Source: a candidate division FCPU426 bacterium (GTDB taxonomy: Bacteria > Oederibacteriota > Muellerivitia > Muellerivitales > Muellerivitaceae). Taken from it: a stretch of DNA of 64,000 nucleotides. The stretch covers positions 30,750 to 94,749 of the forward strand of contig DAIDGV010000024.1 in the NCBI GenBank assembly GCA_027452205.1. The letters run 5' to 3'. How positions within the stretch are numbered: position 1 is the first letter of the stretch; every line of letters starts with the position of its first letter. The translations under genes and the position numbers were made by a program. The notes below the pieces were generated by a model. The model searched no databases. It saw nothing but the letters and a program-made list of their open reading frames with translations, and had not been told where the DNA came from. Positions 45,475 to 53,479 of this stretch are shown piece by piece.

Positions 45475-46290
45475 TTACGGCTCAAAAAAGATCCCGAGTC
45501 CCCAATAACTTTCCGGGGACTGATAGAACTGACCATAAGGGCTGTTCCCGGTATAAAAAACAAGAGCTGTCTGAATGGACTGATGGCTGTCCCGGTGCCA
45601 CTTATATTGTAGCCCGATCTGCAAAGTTTGATCGACCACACCTCCCGCCTCACCCAGGATCTTGATGTCATAGGTCGCGTAACCGCGGATCTGTGTACCC
45701 AAGATAAAATGGGAGAAATCGGTATAACCTTCGATACCGCCGTGGAAAAAAAGCCGCGGGTCATTTTCATCCGGGGACAAGTGGGTCCAATAACAAGGTC
45801 CGCCATAGATCCTGAAATTATCAAAAAGATGATCGGAAAATGTCAGTCGGAGACTTTCCCTGGAATAGATGATGTGGGGAAATTGGTAAAAGAACTCGTC
45901 CCCCAGATGGGAACTGACATGTTCATATTCCAACCGGCCAGAAAAGGTCCCTGCGACATAACTGAAGTAGGTTCCCAAGTACCAATCGCTGACCCGTAAC
46001 GGAAAGATCGCGTTACCCAAAGAATCCAATTGGAGATAAGAATCACCCTCGATACCCCAGCCCCATTGGGACGCGTCCTGGGGCTGCCATTGAAGGATCT
46101 CGATCGTTTGGCCAATGGAGCCGTCGTAATGGTTCTTGTCCGGCTGAGCGATGATGCCATACTGCGGCTCCCGCAGGTCGCCGATCAAAGGTTCGAACAA
46201 GGGTTCCGCTGGCAAAAAAGTCCATCGATCAGCCCAGGCGCCCGAGCTCGTGGCCCAGAAGAAGAGGAGAAGGATGATCTTTTTCTTCAT
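45475..46290 (-). CDS. hypothetical secreted protein, paralog 1 of tandem pair (possible outer-membrane protein)
   Basis: 271 aa; signal peptide MKKKIILLLFFWATSSGAWA. Shares with its neighbour W-FLP…P-IGD-RE, …HLGD…, and a C-terminal aromatic-rich …YGQFYQSPESYWGLGIFFEP. Confidence 0.55.
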   Translation of the reverse strand: MKKKIILLLFFWATSSGAWADRWTFLPAEPLFEPLIGDLREPQYGIIAQPDKNHYDGSIGQTIEILQWQPQDASQWGWGIEGDSYLQLDSLGNAIFPLRVSDWYLGTYFSYVAGTFSGRLEYEHVSSHLGDEFFYQFPHIIYSRESLRLTFSDHLFDNFRIYGGPCYWTHLSPDENDPRLFFHGGIEGYTDFSHFILGTQIRGYATYDIKILGEAGGVVDQTLQIGLQYKWHRDSHQSIQTALVFYTGNSPYGQFYQSPESYWGLGIFFEP

Positions 46291-46302
46291 GTCGCTCGGT
46301 CC

Positions 46303-47139
46303 TTAAAAATCGAAAAAGGTTGCCAGGCCCCAATGAGAATCTGGCTGGTTATAGAATTGGCCGTATTGGCTCAATCCGTTGTAATAAAGGATCGCCATGC
46401 GGATAGCCCGGGGCTCGTTCGGCGAAGCTTTCCACTCGATACCCAATTGGAATTCCAGGTCCCAAATGGAATATTCAGCGTCCCATTTGCCATAACCAGT
46501 GAGATAGGACCGCATGGAACTGGAATCGATCTTCCAATAGGGGGAATAGAACTCCGTTCCAAGGGAAGCGTAATATTGGACCGTGTCGCCCACCACAAAA
46601 GGTAGGTCCCAAATACCCGCCCTTGAATAGACCCGGAAATAGTCGCAAGGTTCGAAGGAGACGGTTTCCTCGATAGCTTCTCGCGAATAATTCACGGCCG
46701 GACTATAAAAAAGAGGGATTTGGATACCTTGAAGAGAATCGCCCAAGTGAGTGCTTTCATGGAAGGCGTCGAGCTTGAAGGAAAAGTCGCTCAAACAACT
46801 CGAAAGGTAGGTGCCGATATAAAAATCCCCGTCCCGCATCGGAAAGGTGGCCCCATCCTCATCCAACAGGATGAAAGCCGAGGCGAAAAGTCCCCAACCG
46901 AACTGGATATCCTCTTGGGGCGCGTAACGGATCAATTCCAAGCTGCCGCCGACTTGGCCTTCATAACGGACCGAATCCAAATGAGCGGTGATACCCGTCA
47001 GAGATTCCCGAAAATCCCCGATCATAGGTTTGAAGACCGTACTCGAGGGTAAAAAAGACCAATCCGAAGCGCCAGCCCACAGCGGTGACGTTCCAGAAAG
47101 AAGGATGAGGAGGGAACTAACCTTTAAGAATTTTTTCAT
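46303..47139 (-). CDS. hypothetical secreted protein, paralog 2 of tandem pair
   Basis: 278 aa; signal peptide. Alignable with paralog 1 along its length. C-terminus …YGQFYNQPDSHWGLATFFDF. Confidence 0.55.
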   Translation of the reverse strand: MKKFLKVSSLLILLSGTSPLWAGASDWSFLPSSTVFKPMIGDFRESLTGITAHLDSVRYEGQVGGSLELIRYAPQEDIQFGWGLFASAFILLDEDGATFPMRDGDFYIGTYLSSCLSDFSFKLDAFHESTHLGDSLQGIQIPLFYSPAVNYSREAIEETVSFEPCDYFRVYSRAGIWDLPFVVGDTVQYYASLGTEFYSPYWKIDSSSMRSYLTGYGKWDAEYSIWDLEFQLGIEWKASPNEPRAIRMAILYYNGLSQYGQFYNQPDSHWGLATFFDF

Positions 47140-48271
47140 AGGCGCTGATCATGCGTTTGGCCATCGAGGTTGAGGACCATTTATCCGCTTCCGATAAAGT
47201 TTCGGATTTTTTCTGGTCGTAAAGCTTCGGGTCGGTCAACATCCGGCGCACCGCGTCGGTGAACTCGTCCTCGTTCAGTTTGGTCACCAAGCCACCCTTG
47301 CTGGACGCCATCACGTCCTTGATGCCCATCTCGCCTACAGCCACCACCGGCGTACCCGCCGCCATGGCCTCGGTCACGACCAACCCTTGGGTCTCGGTAA
47401 TGGAAGCGAACACGAACAGGTCGGATCCCGCGTAACAATCGCGCCAATCCTCTTTGCTGAGATACCCGGCGAAATGAACGATATCTTGCATTTTGAGTTC
47501 ATCGACCAGTTTTTCCAAACGCTTCTTGGCGGCCCCTTCCCCAGCGATGAGGAAACGGATCTGAGGGATCTCCGGACGGAGACGATGGACGACCTTGATG
47601 AGGAAATCAATGTTCTTCTCTTCGGCGACCCGGCCCATGAAGAGCAGCAATTTATCGCCCGGTTTATAACCTTTAAGGTTCCGGAAACGTTCCCGGTCCC
47701 GTCCCTCGAAACGTTGAAGGCGGATGCCTGTCGGGATGACCTCGATGGGTTTCGTCACGTTATAGCTCAACAGAACGTTCTGCATTTCAGTGGACGGTGT
47801 GATGAGCAGGTCACAAGAGTTGCAGTATTTTCGGCTGGTGGACTTGGCATACCAAATACCCAGCGCTTTGGGCAGGAACCAAAGGTAATGTTCGGTATAA
47901 GCGGCGAAAAGCGTGTGATAGGTATGAACGACCTTGGCCCCGCTTTTGCGGGCCCATTTCACCGCAGGGCCGCCGATCGTGAATGGCGTCTGGGTATGAA
48001 CGATGTCGTATTTCTCATCGATGAATTGTTGGACCAGCTTTTTATCCTTGCTCGGCAGGCCCAAACGGTCTTCCGGATCGAAGAACAAGTACATGGAAGG
48101 AAAGCGGAAAACCTTATAGTGGTCGCTGTCATCGATGGAATTGGGAAAAGCAGGGGCGTAAATATGGACTTCGTGGCCTAACTTGCCGAATTCCTCAGCG
48201 AAAATCTGGGTAGAGGCGGCGACCCCGTTGATGCGGGGAAAATAGGTGTCGGTGACCAAGGCGATTTTCAC
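47117..48271 (-). CDS. glycosyltransferase family 4 (GT-B, retaining)
   Basis: 384 aa. N-terminal MKIALVTDTYFPRINGVA sugar-acceptor domain. C-terminal E-x7-E-like donor-binding region (…GEGAAKKRLE…ETQGLVVTEAMAAGTPVV). Confidence 0.8.
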   Translation of the reverse strand: MKIALVTDTYFPRINGVAASTQIFAEEFGKLGHEVHIYAPAFPNSIDDSDHYKVFRFPSMYLFFDPEDRLGLPSKDKKLVQQFIDEKYDIVHTQTPFTIGGPAVKWARKSGAKVVHTYHTLFAAYTEHYLWFLPKALGIWYAKSTSRKYCNSCDLLITPSTEMQNVLLSYNVTKPIEVIPTGIRLQRFEGRDRERFRNLKGYKPGDKLLLFMGRVAEEKNIDFLIKVVHRLRPEIPQIRFLIAGEGAAKKRLEKLVDELKMQDIVHFAGYLSKEDWRDCYAGSDLFVFASITETQGLVVTEAMAAGTPVVAVGEMGIKDVMASSKGGLVTKLNEDEFTDAVRRMLTDPKLYDQKKSETLSEADKWSSTSMAKRMISAYEKILKG

Positions 48272-48289
48272 GTCGGACCTTTCATACGT

Positions 48290-50017
48290 CTAGGGTGTGC
48301 AGAACTTCCATTCGACTTCGGCCACTTCTTTCACTTTGTTCATTACGTCGGCCACTACCACTTTGGCCACGTCCTTTTCCCGGCGGCGTTTGATCTCGAC
48401 CAGGCCTTCTTTAAGGCCCCGCGCGCCAACCCGTACCGAAATAGGGAATCCTAGCAGGTCCGCGTCCTTGAACTTGAACCCAGCGGAAGCTTCCATGCGG
48501 TCATCATAAAGAACCTCATAGCCTGCCTGTCTTAATTTTTCGTAAAACTCGTCGGCGATCTTGGCCACTTCCGGCTCCGCCGGGTTCAGGCAAAGCAGGT
48601 GAACTTGATAAGGCGCCGTTGCGATAGGCCAGATGATGCCATCCGCATCATAATGCTGCTCGATGGTTGCCGCTACCGTGCGGGTCACGCCGATGCCATA
48701 ACAACCCATGACCGCTTCTTTATCTTTGCCGTCCTCGCCCAGGTACACGCACTTCATGGCTTGAGAATATTTGGTGCCTAGTTTGAAGGTTTGGCCCACT
48801 TCGATGCCCCGCCCCACTTTCAATTCTTTGCCGCATTTCGGGCAACCATCGCCGTTGATCACATTACGGAAGTCGCCCCACTCGGGTTCTGCAAAGTCTC
48901 GTCCAAATTCCACACCGGTCAAATGGATATCTTTCTTCAATCCGCCGGTCACATATTGGTGACCACCCTGTAAGGCCTTGTCCGCCAGAATCTTCACTCC
49001 CGACAGGCCCACTGGGCCGGCGAAACCCACCGGGGCTTTGGTCACTTCATAGACCTTTTCCCCGCTCGCCAAGGCGATCTCGGCCGCTTGCAGGTGATTT
49101 TGAACTTTCACTTCGTTCACATCATGGTCGCCCCGCACCAGCACCACCACCGGTTTGCCATCCGCGATGAAGACGAGAGTCTTAATGAATTGGCTAGCGG
49201 GCAATTTTAAAAGAGCGCCCACATCCTCGACCGTGTGTTTGCCCGGTGTGGAGACTTCTTGAAAAGGTCCGCCCGCGGCCGCGGTCGCGTGGGGCGTGGG
49301 ATTGCCGAAAGCTTTTTCCAGATTGGCCGCGTAATCGCAGGAAGAGCACATGGCCACCGCTGCTTCGCCGGTGTCAGCCAACACCATGAACTCATGGGTA
49401 AAGCTGCCTCCGATAAGACCCGAATCCGCCTCGACTGGCGAGAAGTTCAATCCACAGCGTTTAAAGATGCGTTTGTAAGCTTCGACCATGATCCAATAGG
49501 TCTTGTCCGCCGCCGCGTCATCGACATCGAAGGAATAACCATCCTTCATCAGGAACTCACGGCTGCGCATCACGCCAAAGCGGGGGCGTACTTCGTCGCG
49601 GAACTTGGTGGCGATCTGGAACAGGTTCATCGGTAGTTGTTTGTAGCTCTTGAGTTCCCGGCGGACCAGATCCGTGATGACCTCTTCGTGGGTAGGCCCC
49701 AAGGCGTAATCCCGCTCATGACGATCCTTGACCCGCATCAGTTCTTTTCCATATTTCTGCCAGCGGCCTGTTTCCTGCCACAATTCCGCCGGGGTCATGA
49801 TAGGCATCAGCACTTCTTGCGCGCCCGCCCGTTCCATTTCCTCCCGGATGATCTGGTTGATCTTGAGGATGACCTTCTGGCCCAGGGGCAGGTATTCATA
49901 GAAACCCGCCGCGACCTTGCGCATCAACCCGGCCCGAAGCATCAGCTTGTGGGACGGGATCTCCGCTTCTTGGGGTGTTTCTTTAACGGTGGGAATGAAG
50001 GCTTTCGAAACGCGCAT
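48290..50017 (-). CDS. proS: proline--tRNA ligase (bacterial type with editing domain)
   Basis: 575 aa; class II aaRS motifs, INS editing domain and C-terminal anticodon-binding domain. Confidence 0.92.
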   Translation of the reverse strand: MRVSKAFIPTVKETPQEAEIPSHKLMLRAGLMRKVAAGFYEYLPLGQKVILKINQIIREEMERAGAQEVLMPIMTPAELWQETGRWQKYGKELMRVKDRHERDYALGPTHEEVITDLVRRELKSYKQLPMNLFQIATKFRDEVRPRFGVMRSREFLMKDGYSFDVDDAAADKTYWIMVEAYKRIFKRCGLNFSPVEADSGLIGGSFTHEFMVLADTGEAAVAMCSSCDYAANLEKAFGNPTPHATAAAGGPFQEVSTPGKHTVEDVGALLKLPASQFIKTLVFIADGKPVVVLVRGDHDVNEVKVQNHLQAAEIALASGEKVYEVTKAPVGFAGPVGLSGVKILADKALQGGHQYVTGGLKKDIHLTGVEFGRDFAEPEWGDFRNVINGDGCPKCGKELKVGRGIEVGQTFKLGTKYSQAMKCVYLGEDGKDKEAVMGCYGIGVTRTVAATIEQHYDADGIIWPIATAPYQVHLLCLNPAEPEVAKIADEFYEKLRQAGYEVLYDDRMEASAGFKFKDADLLGFPISVRVGARGLKEGLVEIKRRREKDVAKVVVADVMNKVKEVAEVEWKFCTP

Positions 50018-50125
50018 GGACTTCCTTACAAAGAAGATGGACCGGACAAAAGACGAGGGGCCCGGCCTAGGCCGAACCCCTCAAGTCGACTATTTTCACC
50101 AAAGCCGGAAAGACCGCAAGACCTT

Positions 50126-51223
50126 TTACTTCTTCTCGGTCATTTCCTTTTGGCGCTTTTTGATCTCTTCGATCAGGTTCGGGACCAGGTCTTCTTCTTT
50201 CAGGCGGCGTTTGATCTTCCCGCCCTTTTCAATGATGACGCCATGGCCCTTTTCGGAGCAAAGGCCGACATCCGCCTCGGCGCCTTCGCCCAGTCCGTTG
50301 ACCACGCAGCCCATGATGGCTACCCGCATGGGGGTCTTCATGGTGAGGGTCGCGGTCTCCACTTGATCGACCATCTTCTCCAGGTCCACATGGCAGCGCC
50401 CGCAGGTGGGGCAAGCCACGATATCGACCCCTTCTTTACGGTAACCCATGGAACGGAGCAGGTGGGTCGCCACCTTCACTTCTTCCACCGGGTCCGCGGT
50501 GAGGGAAACACGGATCGTGTCGCCGATACCATCGGCCAACACCGCGCCGATACCCGCCGCGCTCTTGGTCGTGCCTTGCATCTTGGTCCCAGCTTCGGTC
50601 ACACCGACATGGAACGGATAGTCGCATTGTTCAGCCAAGAGACGATAGGAACGGATCATGGTCGGCACATGGGAGCTCTTCACCGAGATGATCATTTGGT
50701 GGTAATCAAAGGTTTCGATGAACTTGATATGGCGCATGGCCGATTCGACGATGGCTTCCGGGGTCGGGTGCCCGTGCTTTTCGAGGATGTCTTTTTCGAG
50801 GGAGCCCGAGTTGACACCCACCCGCATGGCCACATTGTGCTTTTTGCACTTTTCGACCACTTGGGCCAAACGGTCCATCCCGCCGATGTTACCCGGATTG
50901 ATGCGGATCTTATCCGCTCCGGCGTCGACCGCGCCTAAAGCGATCTGGTAAGCGAAATGGATATCCGCCACCAGAGGAACGGTCATTTTGGCTTTGATCT
51001 TATCGAGCACTTTAAGGGACTGTTGGCTTTCGACCGTCACGCGGATGATCTCGCAACCCGCGTCTTCCAGTCGTTTGATCTGATCGATGGTCTCTTGCAC
51101 GTCATAGGTATGGGTATTGGTCATCGATTGAATGGAGACGGGGGCGCCGCCGCCTACTTGGACTTTACCCACCATCACCGCGCGGGTCTTCCGGCGGGGG
51201 ATCTCGTAGAACATTTCAGCCAT
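50126..51223 (-). CDS. ispG: 4-hydroxy-3-methylbut-2-en-1-yl diphosphate synthase (GcpE)
   Basis: 365 aa; TIM-barrel N-domain (…VSIQSMTNT…) and C-terminal 4Fe-4S Cys motif (CPTCGRC…). Confidence 0.92.
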   Translation of the reverse strand: MAEMFYEIPRRKTRAVMVGKVQVGGGAPVSIQSMTNTHTYDVQETIDQIKRLEDAGCEIIRVTVESQQSLKVLDKIKAKMTVPLVADIHFAYQIALGAVDAGADKIRINPGNIGGMDRLAQVVEKCKKHNVAMRVGVNSGSLEKDILEKHGHPTPEAIVESAMRHIKFIETFDYHQMIISVKSSHVPTMIRSYRLLAEQCDYPFHVGVTEAGTKMQGTTKSAAGIGAVLADGIGDTIRVSLTADPVEEVKVATHLLRSMGYRKEGVDIVACPTCGRCHVDLEKMVDQVETATLTMKTPMRVAIMGCVVNGLGEGAEADVGLCSEKGHGVIIEKGGKIKRRLKEEDLVPNLIEEIKKRQKEMTEKK

Positions 51224-51391
51224 TTTTACCTCGAACTAACATTTTAATGAAACCGGCTTGTGCCGCTTCGCAGAAGCGGTGCGGCCATGACTATTTGTTA
51301 ACCTCTTGATTATCCGGCACCCCCTCGACCGTTTCAAGGTAAGAAACCCCTCAAAAACCCACGGATTCAGCTAAAAGGCTATAATGCCCGC

Positions 51392-52285
51392 ATGTCCACC
51401 AACACCTTGGTCCTATCCGCGGGAAGCTTGGGTGATTCGATCTTAGCCTTGCCCGCCTTGCAACAACTTCAGGCCCGGTCACCGGTCACCTTGGCTGGCA
51501 CTTCTCCTTACATTCAAATGGGCGCCTCCCTCTTAGGGGTGGAAAAAGTGGTTCCTCTGGAAGGTCTTCTTCAAGTCATCCACGCGGATCAAGCTCTGGA
51601 CAAGGCCTTTTGGGATGGATTTTCCGACGTTTATGTTTTTTTCAAGGACCGGGACCCCAAGTTGATCGAGCGGCTCCAAGGTCTTTCTCACTTGAAGCTT
51701 CATTTATCCTCCGAGACCTTCGCGGAATTCTTGAAGAAAGAGCGGTGGGCCGGGGAATATTGGCTCAACTTGATCCAGGACAAGACCCCTTCCTCATCCG
51801 AAACCTCGCATTCATGCCGCCTTCACATCACACCCGACATCCTCGAAAGAGGCGCCCTCCTTTGCGACTTTTTGGGCGTTTTGAACCCCCTGATCATCCA
51901 TCCCGGCAGCGGTAACCCGGCCAAGAACGCACCTTTGGGCTTTTTCAAGAAAGCCGCCGAAAAAGCCGCTAAAGAATCCGGAAAAGATGTCCTGGTCATT
52001 TGGGGCGATGCCGAGCTTCAACAAGCTGACGAGATCATGGAAACTTTTAAAGGGATGGAAAAGGTGAAGGTCCTGCCCGACCTTTTGATGCTCCGGGACC
52101 TGATCGCGGTCTTGACCCAAGCCCGGGGTTATCTGGGCAACGATAGCGGGGTCACACATCTCGCTTCCGCTTGCGGCGTAAAGACCTTCGCGGTCTTCAA
52201 TTCCACCGACGCCAAGGTCTGGGGCCCTCAGGAAGCCATCATCCTGGCCGCCATGCAGACCCTCTACTCAAGCAAGGATCAGTGA
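51392..52285 (+). CDS. glycosyltransferase family 9-like (LPS heptosyltransferase-like) protein
   Basis: 297 aa. N-terminal SAGSLGDSILALPAL resembles the GT9 RLSSLGDVVLTLP motif. C-terminal YLGNDSGVTHLASACGV resembles GNDSGPMHLAAA. Confidence 0.6.
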   Translation: MSTNTLVLSAGSLGDSILALPALQQLQARSPVTLAGTSPYIQMGASLLGVEKVVPLEGLLQVIHADQALDKAFWDGFSDVYVFFKDRDPKLIERLQGLSHLKLHLSSETFAEFLKKERWAGEYWLNLIQDKTPSSSETSHSCRLHITPDILERGALLCDFLGVLNPLIIHPGSGNPAKNAPLGFFKKAAEKAAKESGKDVLVIWGDAELQQADEIMETFKGMEKVKVLPDLLMLRDLIAVLTQARGYLGNDSGVTHLASACGVKTFAVFNSTDAKVWGPQEAIILAAMQTLYSSKDQ

Positions 52286-53344
52286 ACCCACCCGGTTACG
52301 GCCGCTTTGCTTGGCCTCATAAAGGCTTTTGTCCGCCGACACCTTCAGGTTCATGGGGTTTGGCGCCGTCTCCGGGAATGAAGCCACTCCCACACTCAGG
52401 GTCACCGCCTGTACCTGATCGACCCCTACATCCTTCGCTACCGCTTGCACTAACCGGTCCGCGATCATCTTCGTCCGTTCGATCGGTGTTTCCGGCAGGA
52501 TGATGGCGAACTCTTCCCCGCCAATCCTGGAAACGATATCGATGTTGCGTACGCCTGAACGCAGGGTCAAAGCCGCTCGCTTCAAGACCTCGTCCCCGAT
52601 ATTGTGTCCCCAACGGTCATTGATGGATTTGAAATGGTCCAGGTCCGCGTAAAGAAGGCCCATGGAACGCATGTGACGGGCCGCCCGTTTGAACTCGAAT
52701 TCCAAGGCTTCATCGAAATAACGGCGGTTATAGACACCCGTCAGCGGGTCGGTGATGGTCAGGTTCAACACTTTATGATGCAGACGGTAAGACTCGATGG
52801 CTAATCCCGCCTGGGTGGCAAAATTGAGAAGCGCTTGCAGATCGGATTTTTTGATGGTCTTTTTCGTGAAGAGATTGTCCACCGCAAGGACACCGATGGT
52901 CTTGTTCTTGTCCAACTTGATGGGTACTTGGGCGCAGCAAATGACCTTGCCCAAAAAGTCCCTTTCGTAGACTTCCTTAGTGACCTTCTTTTTGACGTTG
53001 TTGCTGATACCCCACTGTACATGGCCGTGTACCAGGTCCGAGAACCAATGGATGCCCTTGGCTGGACCGCAGGGGAACTCAATATCGGTTGTTTCGTATT
53101 CGCCGTGCTGGTCGATACCCATCACTTGTTTGATCAGGTTACCGGTTTCGTTGACCAAAAAAATACCGGCCCGGTCGAACCCGAGACCTTTGGTCACGTT
53201 GTCGATGATGAGTTTGTAGATGTCCTCAAGCGATTGATGGGTGCGGATGCTTTCCATCACGTTGCGGTACATCAAGACTTCTTGTTGAAGTTCATTTTTC
53301 TGAAGGGTCAGCTTCCGAAGACGACTATTGCGTGGTTGTGCCAT
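52268..53344 (-). CDS. GAF-domain diguanylate cyclase (GGDEF)
   Basis: N-terminal GAF-like region. GGDEF domain with …RIGGEEFAIILP… active site and RxxD-like I-site context. Start ATG at 53344 preceded by GGGAG. Confidence 0.8.
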   Translation of the reverse strand: MAQPRNSRLRKLTLQKNELQQEVLMYRNVMESIRTHQSLEDIYKLIIDNVTKGLGFDRAGIFLVNETGNLIKQVMGIDQHGEYETTDIEFPCGPAKGIHWFSDLVHGHVQWGISNNVKKKVTKEVYERDFLGKVICCAQVPIKLDKNKTIGVLAVDNLFTKKTIKKSDLQALLNFATQAGLAIESYRLHHKVLNLTITDPLTGVYNRRYFDEALEFEFKRAARHMRSMGLLYADLDHFKSINDRWGHNIGDEVLKRAALTLRSGVRNIDIVSRIGGEEFAIILPETPIERTKMIADRLVQAVAKDVGVDQVQAVTLSVGVASFPETAPNPMNLKVSADKSLYEAKQSGRNRVGSLILA

Positions 53345-53479
53345 AGGTGTTGTCTCCCGAGGTAAACATTTTCCCACAATTCCCAAAAAAGGGAGCGAAT
53401 TTCAGGGGGAAAATGCACGGGAAATGACCGCAATGCCTGAGAACGTGCTCAGGACAAGAACATCTTCATTTCCAAGGTC

